Virus record (IMG/VR): IMGVR_UViG_3300047160_003616
Span: 12,649 to 76,648 of that record
Length of the DNA: 64,000 nucleotides
Reading direction: 5' to 3' (one strand)
DNA from: a virus
Lineage: Duplodnaviria; Caudoviricetes
Shown: positions 8,750 to 16,683 of the stretch, piece after piece
How positions within the stretch are numbered: position 1 is the first letter of the stretch
Layout of the letters: each line of letters opens with the position of its first letter
The notes under the pieces: model-generated
What the model saw: only the letters and a program-made list of their open reading frames with translations
Told to the model about the DNA's origin: nothing
Databases searched by the model: none
Position numbers and translations under genes: made by a program

Positions 8750-9382
8750 TCATGCCGACTGACTTCCAGCAAGCTGGCGCTCCTTGAGCAGGTGCCAGGT
8801 ACTCAGCTTCAGCTCGGTCCAGAGGCTGGGATCGGGGGTGAACTCGGGCGAGGCCCCCGCCGGGGGCCAGCCGACAAAGGCCAGGACGGCGTCCCCGGGG
8901 CGGCGCAGGTGCACCGGATACGCCTTGTCGTAGGTCCACAGGGTATCGGGCATGCCGGGCACGTAGCGCACGGCACTGGGGATCTCCCGGCACCGGCCGA
9001 ATAGCTTGTTGACCTCGGAGTTCTTCTCCATCAGGGTGTAGCGCCGCGGGACCAGGATGCCCTGCTTGTTCAGCCGCCACCACCGTGGCGGGGCTCCCAT
9101 GTTCCTGGGCGGGACCAGTCCCACCAGGTAGGCATCGCCCAGGGAGGACACTCGGATGGACTCGGCGCGGTTGGCGTGCCGGGTGCGCTTGGGCAGCCCG
9201 GAGATCCGGTAGAGCTTGTCCATCCGGTTGCGCCAGGCCTTGTGGTCGCGCTGAAAAGCGTCCCAGCCTGCGAGAACCTCGGGGGCAATGGAGTACCACC
9301 AGGCCGCGGGGGTGTCCCCGGGCGGTAAGGGGCCGATCATCTCGGCCAGGTCGGCGAGGTTGTCGGTGAGCGGCAGCGTCAT
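8750..9382 (-). CDS. Hypothetical protein
   Basis: 210 aa; AAGGAAG upstream. Confidence 0.7.
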   Translation of the reverse strand: MTLPLTDNLADLAEMIGPLPPGDTPAAWWYSIAPEVLAGWDAFQRDHKAWRNRMDKLYRISGLPKRTRHANRAESIRVSSLGDAYLVGLVPPRNMGAPPRWWRLNKQGILVPRRYTLMEKNSEVNKLFGRCREIPSAVRYVPGMPDTLWTYDKAYPVHLRRPGDAVLAFVGWPPAGASPEFTPDPSLWTELKLSTWHLLKERQLAGSQSA

Positions 9383-9403
9383 TCAACTCTTCCTTAGCGC
9401 TAG

Positions 9404-9573
9404 TCTTAAATCCCTTATAGCACAAGGGATTTAAGATCTATTGCGGCACAACGGATTTCATCCGTTGCCGCAAGCTCCTCTCTCCTGGCGTCAAATCCCT
9501 TGCGGCGCAAGGGATTTCGTTTCTCAATTGTGTTGTGGGACAACACAATTGAGAGCAGCCCCTCCGGGGCTGC
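9404..9573. repeat. Cluster of five adjacent inverted repeats
   Basis: Arms of 13 bp (9404-9436), 14 bp bulged (9441-9473), 11 bp (9493-9517), 15 bp (9522-9554) and 8 bp (9555-9573). Confidence 0.9.
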
Positions 9574-9639
9574 CAGCGACTGAAAATGCGCCGTGCGCAT
9601 CGCCAGTCGGCGGGGACTCGGGCGTGTTGCATTGGAGTG

Positions 9640-10011
9640 TCATAAGCGCTCCGGGGGGTCTTCCCCGAACAGTAAGCGATGTCCTTCAGCAATACGCTCG
9701 CGTTGTTCCTGGTCAGCACGTCCGCGGGGGATAGGGACATTGGCGTCGTCCAGGGCGTATTCCAGGTCCTTAATGCGGTTCTCCATGAGGTTGAACAGGT
9801 CGTGTGCTGCTAAGAAGCGGTGTTCAATGCCTTCGGCCGAATTTGTGTCGTGGTGTAAGAACCAGATGCCACTGCCTACGGCCACTCCGGTCATCAGGCC
9901 AATGGCGAAGCTCACGAGCAGGGACGGCACCAGGTGCAACTGCCACAGCTGCCAGGTGGCCAGTGTGGCGATGCCGCTGCAGGTCAGCCACCAGGCCTGT
10001 TTTCGGCTCAT
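9640..10011 (-). CDS. Membrane protein, two TM helices plus coiled coil
   Basis: Hydrophobic N-terminal half. Confidence 0.65.
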   Translation of the reverse strand: MSRKQAWWLTCSGIATLATWQLWQLHLVPSLLVSFAIGLMTGVAVGSGIWFLHHDTNSAEGIEHRFLAAHDLFNLMENRIKDLEYALDDANVPIPRGRADQEQRERIAEGHRLLFGEDPPERL

Positions 10012-10253
10012 TGGAATGCCGCCGGGGGGTCGTCGGGGTTGGGGTGAGGATTGTCGGCCAGCCAGTCGGAGAGGGGATAGGCCCAGGCCATGTCATCGGT
10101 TTCGGGCTTGGGGTTCTCGGCCCGAATCTGGGTAAGGAGTGCTTCCATCCGCCGCCGTTGTGCGCGGGTGTAGAGCGCACCGGCGAGGGTGATCAGGGTG
10201 GCACCGGTGGCGATCCAAATGACGATCCAGTCGACGCTACTCAGGGCGCTCAT
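10008..10253 (-). CDS. Membrane protein
   Basis: N-terminal TM helix. Confidence 0.65.
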   Translation of the reverse strand: MSALSSVDWIVIWIATGATLITLAGALYTRAQRRRMEALLTQIRAENPKPETDDMAWAYPLSDWLADNPHPNPDDPPAAFQ

Positions 10254-10410
10254 GTGATCCGCCCCCCTTCGGGGGGCCAGTGGCCAGGGCTGACAGCAGT
10301 GCCTTCATGGCGGTGATGTCCTTGGTGATGCGGTCCAGGTAGAAGGCCATGATCCAGACGCTGACCAGGATGATGACGGCCACGATGAGGGTCAGGACGG
10401 TGGTGCTCAC
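10237..10410 (-). CDS. Membrane protein
   Basis: MSTTVLTLIVAVIILVSVWIMAFY...; GTGA overlap. Confidence 0.55.
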   Translation of the reverse strand: MSTTVLTLIVAVIILVSVWIMAFYLDRITKDITAMKALLSALATGPPKGGGSHERPE

Positions 10411-10643
10411 AGGCTCATCTCCCCGGCTGCCAGGGTGGCGGTGATGAAGTGACTGATCCAGCGCAAGGTGGTCTCGGCCAGGTGCCGGGCCTCCACCGCG
10501 GTGCGACTGTCGGTGAGAAAGGCTTGGGTGAGGGCAATGGTGGCCATCTCAAAGGCGTGCTTCTGCTCGGTGAGGGCGTGCTGTTTGGCCTTGTCGTAGT
10601 AGCTCTCTAAGGCCTTGTCGAGAGCATCGGGGTGCTCGGTCAT
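10407..10643 (-). CDS. Hypothetical protein
   Basis: 78 aa; TAAATG junction. Confidence 0.6.
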   Translation of the reverse strand: MTEHPDALDKALESYYDKAKQHALTEQKHAFEMATIALTQAFLTDSRTAVEARHLAETTLRWISHFITATLAAGEMSL

Positions 10644-10859
10644 TTACGGCTCCCGATGGGGTCGTTGGTGGTTGTCGGCCGCGGTGTCATCGGCCGCCCA
10701 GAAGCGCTGTTTGGCCAGCTCGTAGGCCTTCTCACTGAACCGGGTGGAATCCCGGCTCTTAGCATCGAGGATGCCGATCTCGATACCCACCTGGCGGATC
10801 AGCTGGTCGATCCGCTCGTGCAGGTAGGACTCTTCAGATGTCTTCGGCGAGGTCATCGT
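10644..10859 (-). CDS. Hypothetical protein
   Basis: MTSPKT start after GAGGAAGAG. Confidence 0.55.
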   Translation of the reverse strand, partial: TMTSPKTSEESYLHERIDQLIRQVGIEIGILDAKSRDSTRFSEKAYELAKQRFWAADDTAADNHQRPHREP

Positions 10860-11046
10860 CCTCCAACTCTTCCTCCTCGGCGACAAAGGCGCGCAGGGAT
10901 TCGGCGATGTCGATCAGGGCATGGGCGATGGCCGCCAGGGGACCGGTGTCAACGATCAGGGCCCTTTTGGCGGCGGCGAGATGATCATCGGTGGTCACCG
11001 CCTGTAGTTGACGCTTTATCTCGGTGAAGTCCTGCTGACGAGTCAT
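10834..11046 (-). CDS. Hypothetical protein
   Basis: MTRQQD start after AGGAG. Confidence 0.6.
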   Translation of the reverse strand: MTRQQDFTEIKRQLQAVTTDDHLAAAKRALIVDTGPLAAIAHALIDIAESLRAFVAEEEELEDDDLAEDI

Positions 11047-11053
11047 TTTTCTC

Positions 11054-11149
11054 CTATCGCCGCTTGCGGTACGCATTGCGTCCCCAGATCGCCAGCTGGG
11101 TCATGATCGCCCCGAACAGGCCGCCCACCAGAAACTCTGCCCAACTCAT
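11054..11149 (-). CDS. Small membrane peptide
   Basis: MSWAEFLVGGLFGAIMTQLAIWGRNAYRKRR. Confidence 0.55.
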   Translation of the reverse strand: MSWAEFLVGGLFGAIMTQLAIWGRNAYRKRR

Positions 11150-11168
11150 AGCACTCCCTGTCTGGCCG

Positions 11169-11570
11169 TCATGCGGGTAGCGCCGGTCTGCTGGGGGCCG
11201 GGCAGCCGTTGGTGTACTGCACCAGGGCAATGGCCAGGCACAACCCGCCCAGAACGAGGCCCAGGACGAACAGCGCCCAGAGCACATACACGAAGCGCTT
11301 GCGCCAGCGGATCAGCTCCTGGTGCTGGGCATCCTCAGTGGGAGTATCGGCGGCGATCAGGTCGTTCAGCTCGTCGGCCATGGTCTCGGTCAATTCCTGG
11401 GCCGGGGTCTTGGGCAGCACGTCGGTGGCGTGCGGGTCCGGGCCGTAGTACATCCGCTGGTGGTCGCGCAGCTGCTCATGGCGGCCCAGCGGCGCATCCT
11501 CGGGCACCTCGATCACGTCGATCACGGTGTCGGTGTCGTCCTGTTCGACGGGGACGCTATGTCTGCCCAT
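11169..11570 (-). CDS. Membrane protein with C-terminal TM helix
   Basis: MGRHSV start; TAATG overlap. Confidence 0.65.
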   Translation of the reverse strand: MGRHSVPVEQDDTDTVIDVIEVPEDAPLGRHEQLRDHQRMYYGPDPHATDVLPKTPAQELTETMADELNDLIAADTPTEDAQHQELIRWRKRFVYVLWALFVLGLVLGGLCLAIALVQYTNGCPAPSRPALPA

Positions 11571-11824
11571 TAGCCGGGGCCCCCTCCGGGGGCCCGAGAG
11601 CGGTGCTGTCCATCCTCGTTGGCCTCCTGGGCTTCTAACATCTCGGCCAGATTTCTCAGCCGGGCCTTGGTCTCCTTGTCGGCACCCTCCCAGTCGGCCT
11701 CGATGACCAGGGCGCACTGGTAGCGCTCGCCTGCGCGATAACGGCGCATGCTGCGGTCGCCACCGTCGTAGACCACGTAGTTATCCCTGGTCAGCACGAT
11801 GGGACGGTCGTCGGGGGTGCTCAT
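11570..11824 (-). CDS. Hypothetical protein
   Basis: MSTPDD start, ATGA overlap. Confidence 0.55.
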   Translation of the reverse strand: MSTPDDRPIVLTRDNYVVYDGGDRSMRRYRAGERYQCALVIEADWEGADKETKARLRNLAEMLEAQEANEDGQHRSRAPGGGPG

Positions 11825-12126
11825 GCCGCGGCCAGCTCCTCTTTCCACTTGCTGATCTCCATGCTGACCGGGTCCTCGCCGCTTTGCGCCTCGTCCAGCT
11901 CGGCGGTGACCTGCTCCAACTCGGCATGCCCGATGGTCTCGGCGATCACCTCGCCCTCGATGTCGGGGAGGGTGATGGTGGGGTCGTGACCGGTCATGTC
12001 CAGGTCGATCACCTTGCGGTGCACGCGGGACATGGCGATGCGCAATAGCTGCAGCTCCTCGGTGAAAAACTGCCGGTCGGCATGCTCAGGGGTATTGGCG
12101 GGCAGGTTGTCAGCAGTGTCGGTCAT
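11821..12126 (-). CDS. Hypothetical protein
   Basis: 101 aa; CAACCAGAAGG upstream. Confidence 0.7.
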   Translation of the reverse strand: MTDTADNLPANTPEHADRQFFTEELQLLRIAMSRVHRKVIDLDMTGHDPTITLPDIEGEVIAETIGHAELEQVTAELDEAQSGEDPVSMEISKWKEELAAA

Positions 12127-12150
12127 TCGATTCCTTCTGGTTGTGTTGTT

Positions 12151-12540
12151 TCACGTGAAACCCTTCAGAACTGCCTCACGCAGTCGATAGCCTATGGTTC
12201 CCGGCACAAGATTGTGGATGTCATTGGTGGCTAATGCCAGCATCGACTCCATACCGCCAATGATGTGCTGAGCTGCAGTTATCGCCTCCTCGTAGACAAC
12301 ATCGGTGAACCACTCCCGGCCGCCGGTGAGCGGCTCACCATGACGAGTGGCCCAGGTGATGAGCTGCTCCTCAGTCCTCTCAGTGCTGTCATGGGGCTCG
12401 GAGACCCAATGACGCAACATCGTGAAATGACCAAGGTTCTTGGCCTCCTTACGCAGCACTGCAAAGCGGGTGGAGGGGTTGTTAGTGCGGCCCACTTTGG
12501 TCACACCATCGGCAAACGCTGCCACATACAGGTGGCCCAT
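12151..12540 (-). CDS. GIY-YIG superfamily (T5orf172/MUG113-like) protein
   Basis: HLYVA....GVTKVGRTNNP..R...L and GREWF motifs; lower GC than flanks. Confidence 0.75.
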   Translation of the reverse strand: MGHLYVAAFADGVTKVGRTNNPSTRFAVLRKEAKNLGHFTMLRHWVSEPHDSTERTEEQLITWATRHGEPLTGGREWFTDVVYEEAITAAQHIIGGMESMLALATNDIHNLVPGTIGYRLREAVLKGFT

Positions 12541-12656
12541 TCTATTGCCCTTCCCGCGCCGAGGAGTGATGGACTCATTTTACATGCTCCACAGGGTGTG
12601 GCGTGAACAGATGGGGCAGATGGGATGCGTGATAAAGATGACATCTGGAACACTTG

Positions 12657-12902
12657 CTATAACTTTTCTACACGCTGTGGCTCGTGCTGACGGGACAGTC
12701 GGTTAGAGGGATGAGTGGGTGGGCCGGTGGTGCCTGCGTGAGAGTCGTGCTTGTGGGTGCGGTACTCATAGGCCAGCTGGGTGAGGATCTGCAGCAGGAT
12801 GATCGGCTCAAAGCGATGGTTGAGCGGGTCCGCCAGGATCTCCTCGGCCTGAGCCAGCAAGGAGTCCAGGGAGTGTGGATCGTGCTGGGGTGCCACGGGC
12901 AT
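12657..12902 (-). CDS. Hypothetical protein
   Basis: 81 aa; overlaps an alternative ORF. Confidence 0.45.
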   Translation of the reverse strand: MPVAPQHDPHSLDSLLAQAEEILADPLNHRFEPIILLQILTQLAYEYRTHKHDSHAGTTGPPTHPSNRLSRQHEPQRVEKL

Positions 12903-13036
12903 CGGTCGGGTTCCTTTGGCAGTAGTCGGCCAGGACTAGGGCCACCAGGGACAGGTCTTCGGGCCCTGAGTGCTCCACGGTGCCCCGAACCGGGGGGTGG
13001 TGGGGTGAGAGGACTTCGTAGGCATAGACCGGGTCT

Positions 13037-13252
13037 TCACGGGGCAGCTGGGACAGGCGGCGAATAGAGAGGGAGCACATCGGTGACCCCTGCCGCATCA
13101 CATCGCAGTACAAGCTCATTGAACTGGTGGCGCAGCTTGGCCTGCTCCCAGGCCAGCAACGCGATGTCGGCGCGGTAGGTGTCCACCGGGCACTGGTGCA
13201 GATGCTCCACCCGATAGAACCGGCGGTAGTAGTCGGCCAGAGTGGCATCCAT
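13037..13252 (-). CDS. Hypothetical protein
   Basis: TGATG coupling; 3' part competes with the alternative frame 12808..13119. Confidence 0.4.
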   Translation of the reverse strand: MDATLADYYRRFYRVEHLHQCPVDTYRADIALLAWEQAKLRHQFNELVLRCDAAGVTDVLPLYSPPVPAAP

Positions 13253-13542
13253 CAGGCATCAGCGGGTTCGGGGGTCTTGGCCGTAGCCTTCTTGGCGGGT
13301 TCCTCCTTGGGGGTGCGCATGGAGGCGTGGATCTTGCCGATGACCTGTTCGTAGTCCTCCATCACGTTGAAGGTGACACCAGAGGGCAAAGTGATCTGCG
13401 AGCCCGACCAGGCGATGCTCACCGACACCCCCTGGGTGGCCACATCGGGGCGCATGGACTTGCGCGGTTTGACGGCCACGATGGCCCCGGGGTTGATGGC
13501 CACCGGGGGGTTGCCGGTGTCGGCCAGGGTCAGCTGAATCAT
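13252..13542 (-). CDS. Hypothetical protein
   Basis: MIQLTL start, ATGA overlap. Confidence 0.65.
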   Translation of the reverse strand: MIQLTLADTGNPPVAINPGAIVAVKPRKSMRPDVATQGVSVSIAWSGSQITLPSGVTFNVMEDYEQVIGKIHASMRTPKEEPAKKATAKTPEPADA

Positions 13543-14390
13543 TGGCGCTGTCTCCATGCTCGTTTGATGTTGGCCTGCAGGATGTTAACCAAGTCTTCGG
13601 CGTCATCGGGATCGAGGTTGAGGTTGCCGCCCGCGTCCAGCTCAAAGCCGCGCAGCTGCACCCAGCCGTTGTCCACGGCCACCGCGGGCAACGGTGAGGG
13701 CACCCGGGGCAAAAACTCGGTGAGGGAGGAACCCTTGTGCAGGGCATACCACTTGTCGGCCAGCTCCTCAGCCGGGGTGCTGGCCTGGGCATTGGCGAGG
13801 TCGCGGTGCAGCTGGTCGATGTCGATGTCGGATGACATGTAATCGGAGGCTCCCGGCATCTGCTGGGGCTCATCGGTCAGCTCGATGCCGCCGGGCGGGG
13901 TAAGGGTGGTGGTCTCGGTCACCGTCCAGCCCTCGGGCAGCTGGACCGCGGTGACTTTGGCCCCCGGGGTGGCTTCGCCTTCGCTCATCATCTCCACCGG
14001 GTTGACCTCCATCGGCAGATCGCCCACCGAGCGCACCCCGGCGGCGGCGGCCAGCCCACCCAACAGCGAAGGGTCGCCGGTGTCGGCCGGTGCCGGGCCG
14101 CCGGGGCGCGTTTCTAGCGGAATGGAGCCCATCACCGCGTCCCGCTCGCTGGTGTAGTCCACGGGCCCTCCGGGCCCGCCCTGATCTATTCGCTTGACCA
14201 TTTGCAGCCTCTTCTCGCGTTCCTTTTCCTGCACTCGGGCGTGGTAGGCATCACAACAGCGTTTGTGCCCGACCCGCGGGCCGCCCAGCACGATGGTGCC
14301 GATGGCCTCGCCCTCGTTGATCTGTTTGCCGCAGATGCTGCCCGCGGCGTCGGGGATCGTGCAATTGCCCATGCCCTTATCCCAGCTCAC
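13539..14390 (-). CDS. Hypothetical protein, Cys-rich N-terminus
   Basis: 283 aa. Confidence 0.7.
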   Translation of the reverse strand: MSWDKGMGNCTIPDAAGSICGKQINEGEAIGTIVLGGPRVGHKRCCDAYHARVQEKEREKRLQMVKRIDQGGPGGPVDYTSERDAVMGSIPLETRPGGPAPADTGDPSLLGGLAAAAGVRSVGDLPMEVNPVEMMSEGEATPGAKVTAVQLPEGWTVTETTTLTPPGGIELTDEPQQMPGASDYMSSDIDIDQLHRDLANAQASTPAEELADKWYALHKGSSLTEFLPRVPSPLPAVAVDNGWVQLRGFELDAGGNLNLDPDDAEDLVNILQANIKRAWRQRQ

Positions 14391-14431
14391 ATTTCACCCC
14401 TTGCCTGGATTAGAGGTTGGCTGTAGGTAGC

Positions 14432-14587
14432 CTAGTGCACCCGGTCGGGGTGCCGCGTCAGTTCCTGGCGGTGCTTTTCGCACGCCCAGTACGGCTTGCC
14501 GCCGATCATGATTAGCATGGTCCCGGCGAACGGGCAGCCCGGGGCCACGCAGTCGGCCTGATGCGGGTGCTTGTCGGAGTAGTTCAC
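14432..14587 (-). CDS. Small Zn-binding protein
   Basis: CVAPGC...ACEKH; GTGA overlap. Confidence 0.5.
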   Translation of the reverse strand: MNYSDKHPHQADCVAPGCPFAGTMLIMIGGKPYWACEKHRQELTRHPDRVH

Positions 14588-15009
14588 CTCACCTCCTCGA
14601 CGGCGGTCTCATAGCCCATCTTCTGAAAGATGGCGGTCAGCGTGTCCACGGCCTCGGGGGTGGTGCAGTGCACCCGGATGGAGCGGCCCTCGGGCTTGTG
14701 CGCGACGAAGTAGGTGCCCGGCTCGCCGAGCGGGGAGGGTTGCGGCAGCCTGGCGGCCCCCTGGGCCTCCTCGCGGGTGGGATGCACGCCGATCAGCTCC
14801 CAGCCGCCGTCGGGGCCTTTGGCCCAGTACTGCCAGCCGTCCTCGCCGTCGTGGGTGAGCACCACGTGCTCGCGGTCCTCGGTGGCCCACAGCTCCTTGA
14901 GCCCGGCATAGGAGAACCGGTGACCCTCGATCTCGGGCCGGGTGGCCCGGGTGGAGGCCCGCAAGGTGCGCGCCATGCCTTGGTTGAGCGGGTGCTTCAG
15001 GAAGCGCAC
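14584..15009 (-). CDS. Hypothetical protein
   Basis: 141 aa ORF. Confidence 0.6.
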   Translation of the reverse strand: MRFLKHPLNQGMARTLRASTRATRPEIEGHRFSYAGLKELWATEDREHVVLTHDGEDGWQYWAKGPDGGWELIGVHPTREEAQGAARLPQPSPLGEPGTYFVAHKPEGRSIRVHCTTPEAVDTLTAIFQKMGYETAVEEVR

Positions 15010-15078
15010 TACGGCCTCTCGGGATCGTAATGCCGGATCAGCCAGGCCAGGATGAACAGGGCGATCAGCGAGGCGGCC

Positions 15079-15567
15079 TCACCCGGTTCCATGCGCCTCG
15101 CCCTGATCGTGAGCGGACTCGGTGGGCCTGGGTTGGTCGTCCTCGGTCTCGGCCTCGGTGGGGGCGGCCTGGTCGTCCACCTGGTGCACCCGGTAGGGTA
15201 GCTGCTCCTCCTCGGTGGGCTGGCGCTCGTTGGCCTCCTCGGCCAGCGCCTTCTTGGCCTCCTCATCGCGCACCTGCTCGCGCCATTCGGCCACCCTGAC
15301 GATGTTGTCCTGGTAGTCCTTGAGGATCAGTCCGAAGGCGGCCACCCACGCGAGCACGGCATTGATCCACTTCTCGGTCGCCGCGTTGATGCCGGGCATG
15401 GTGACCACGGTGTTGGCCAGCACGATGCCCATGGTGAACAACGCCAGAAACAGGCTCCAGTGCTCGGCGAGCCAATATGGGGGCGGGCCTTTGGTGGCGA
15501 ACCATTTGGGCAGCTGGTGGTTACCGATGTCCCCGCCCTCGTCATCGGCGCGGTGGGTCACCGGCAC
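15079..15567 (-). CDS. Two-TM membrane protein (holin-like topology possible)
   Basis: Two hydrophobic segments and an acidic tail. Confidence 0.6.
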   Translation of the reverse strand: MPVTHRADDEGGDIGNHQLPKWFATKGPPPYWLAEHWSLFLALFTMGIVLANTVVTMPGINAATEKWINAVLAWVAAFGLILKDYQDNIVRVAEWREQVRDEEAKKALAEEANERQPTEEEQLPYRVHQVDDQAAPTEAETEDDQPRPTESAHDQGEAHGTG

Positions 15568-15689
15568 ACCACCTCGGGGTCACTGGTGGTGTCCACCAGG
15601 AACCGGCCCAGCAGGAAGTAGATGGTCACGAAGCTGACGCCCCAAGCGGCAGCGAGGATGCCCAGCCCGATGATCAGGTCTTTGAGCAT
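15558..15689 (-). CDS. Small membrane protein
   Basis: GAGGAGG SD; MLKDLIIGLGILAAAWGVSFVTIYFLL. Confidence 0.6.
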   Translation of the reverse strand: MLKDLIIGLGILAAAWGVSFVTIYFLLGRFLVDTTSDPEVVCR

Positions 15690-15919
15690 GGCCGCCTCCT
15701 CACCTTTTCTGTGGGCTCGGAGGCTGTTTTGCAGGGTTAATTCCGATAGAAGATATGCACGAGATGAGTGGGGTGGTGGGCCTCATGAAATGCCGCATAG
15801 TCTTCCAGCCGGTCGACGCTGTAGCTGCGCCAGTCCCAGCCGCAATCGAGACAGACAGCATCGTTCAGGGGTAGTTCCCTCATACCCGGAAAGAACGGCG
15901 CACCTCATGAGTTTGTCCA

Positions 15920-16648
15920 CTACGGCATGGTGATGCCGTGTGGCACGATCACGTCGCCCTGGGTCATCAGCAGGGTCTCGAAATCGCTGAAGCTCACATC
16001 GAATTGGCCCCTGCGCCCGAAATCCGGGCCCCAACTGGTCAGACAGGTGACCAGCTGAGTGCTGTAGTTGATACCCAGGGCCAGGTACTCATGTCCCCCG
16101 GCCACGTTCTCATCAGTCAGCGCCCCGATATGCACCAGCCCGGAGGGGTCCGGGTTGAACATAGAGCGCGTCCATAATGTGCCCACCAAACATGGCGTGA
16201 CCTGCAAAGCGGCACGAAATTCAGCGAAGCCGAAACAATGCTGGTATCTGTCGGCCCAATTCAACTCCACGGCGGCCTTAGCTATATCCAATCCATCGCT
16301 GCCCCCATCATGGGGCGGATAAAAATACTCCGGGTCGCCCTCCTCGTGGGTGGCCACCGAGTAGAACTGCAGCGCCAGGGACTCGGTGCACCAACTCACC
16401 TTCTTGGCCCGCCGCACCGGGGCGGCGAAGTCGGTATTAAAAAATCCGGCCATCGCATTGCCGGTGCAGGCGTTGGTGTTCCATTGATTCAAAATTGGCT
16501 GGGTATAAGACCACAGCGTCGTTACGTCACGTGACGGTTTGTCGGCCGCAAAGGCGTAGTTAAGCGAGCGCGTGTCGTGATGGATGTGACGCCCCAACCG
16601 GTAGGGCGCATCGGTGGGCACCGGCAATTTATGAATGATCTCGGCCAT
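15920..16648 (-). CDS. Papain-like (C1A-type) cysteine peptidase
   Basis: Q.N.N.C (catalytic Cys), GGHE (His), TSWG in place of NSWG, GRRGQF. Confidence 0.8.
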   Translation of the reverse strand: MAEIIHKLPVPTDAPYRLGRHIHHDTRSLNYAFAADKPSRDVTTLWSYTQPILNQWNTNACTGNAMAGFFNTDFAAPVRRAKKVSWCTESLALQFYSVATHEEGDPEYFYPPHDGGSDGLDIAKAAVELNWADRYQHCFGFAEFRAALQVTPCLVGTLWTRSMFNPDPSGLVHIGALTDENVAGGHEYLALGINYSTQLVTCLTSWGPDFGRRGQFDVSFSDFETLLMTQGDVIVPHGITMP

Positions 16649-16681
16649 AAAAAACCTCCTCTTCTTCGGAGGAGGTTTTTT
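16649..16681. terminator. Bidirectional intrinsic terminator ending the pentamer array
   Basis: AAAAAA-CCTCCTC-7 nt-GAGGAGG-TTTTTT. Confidence 0.85.
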
Positions 16682-16683
16682 GG

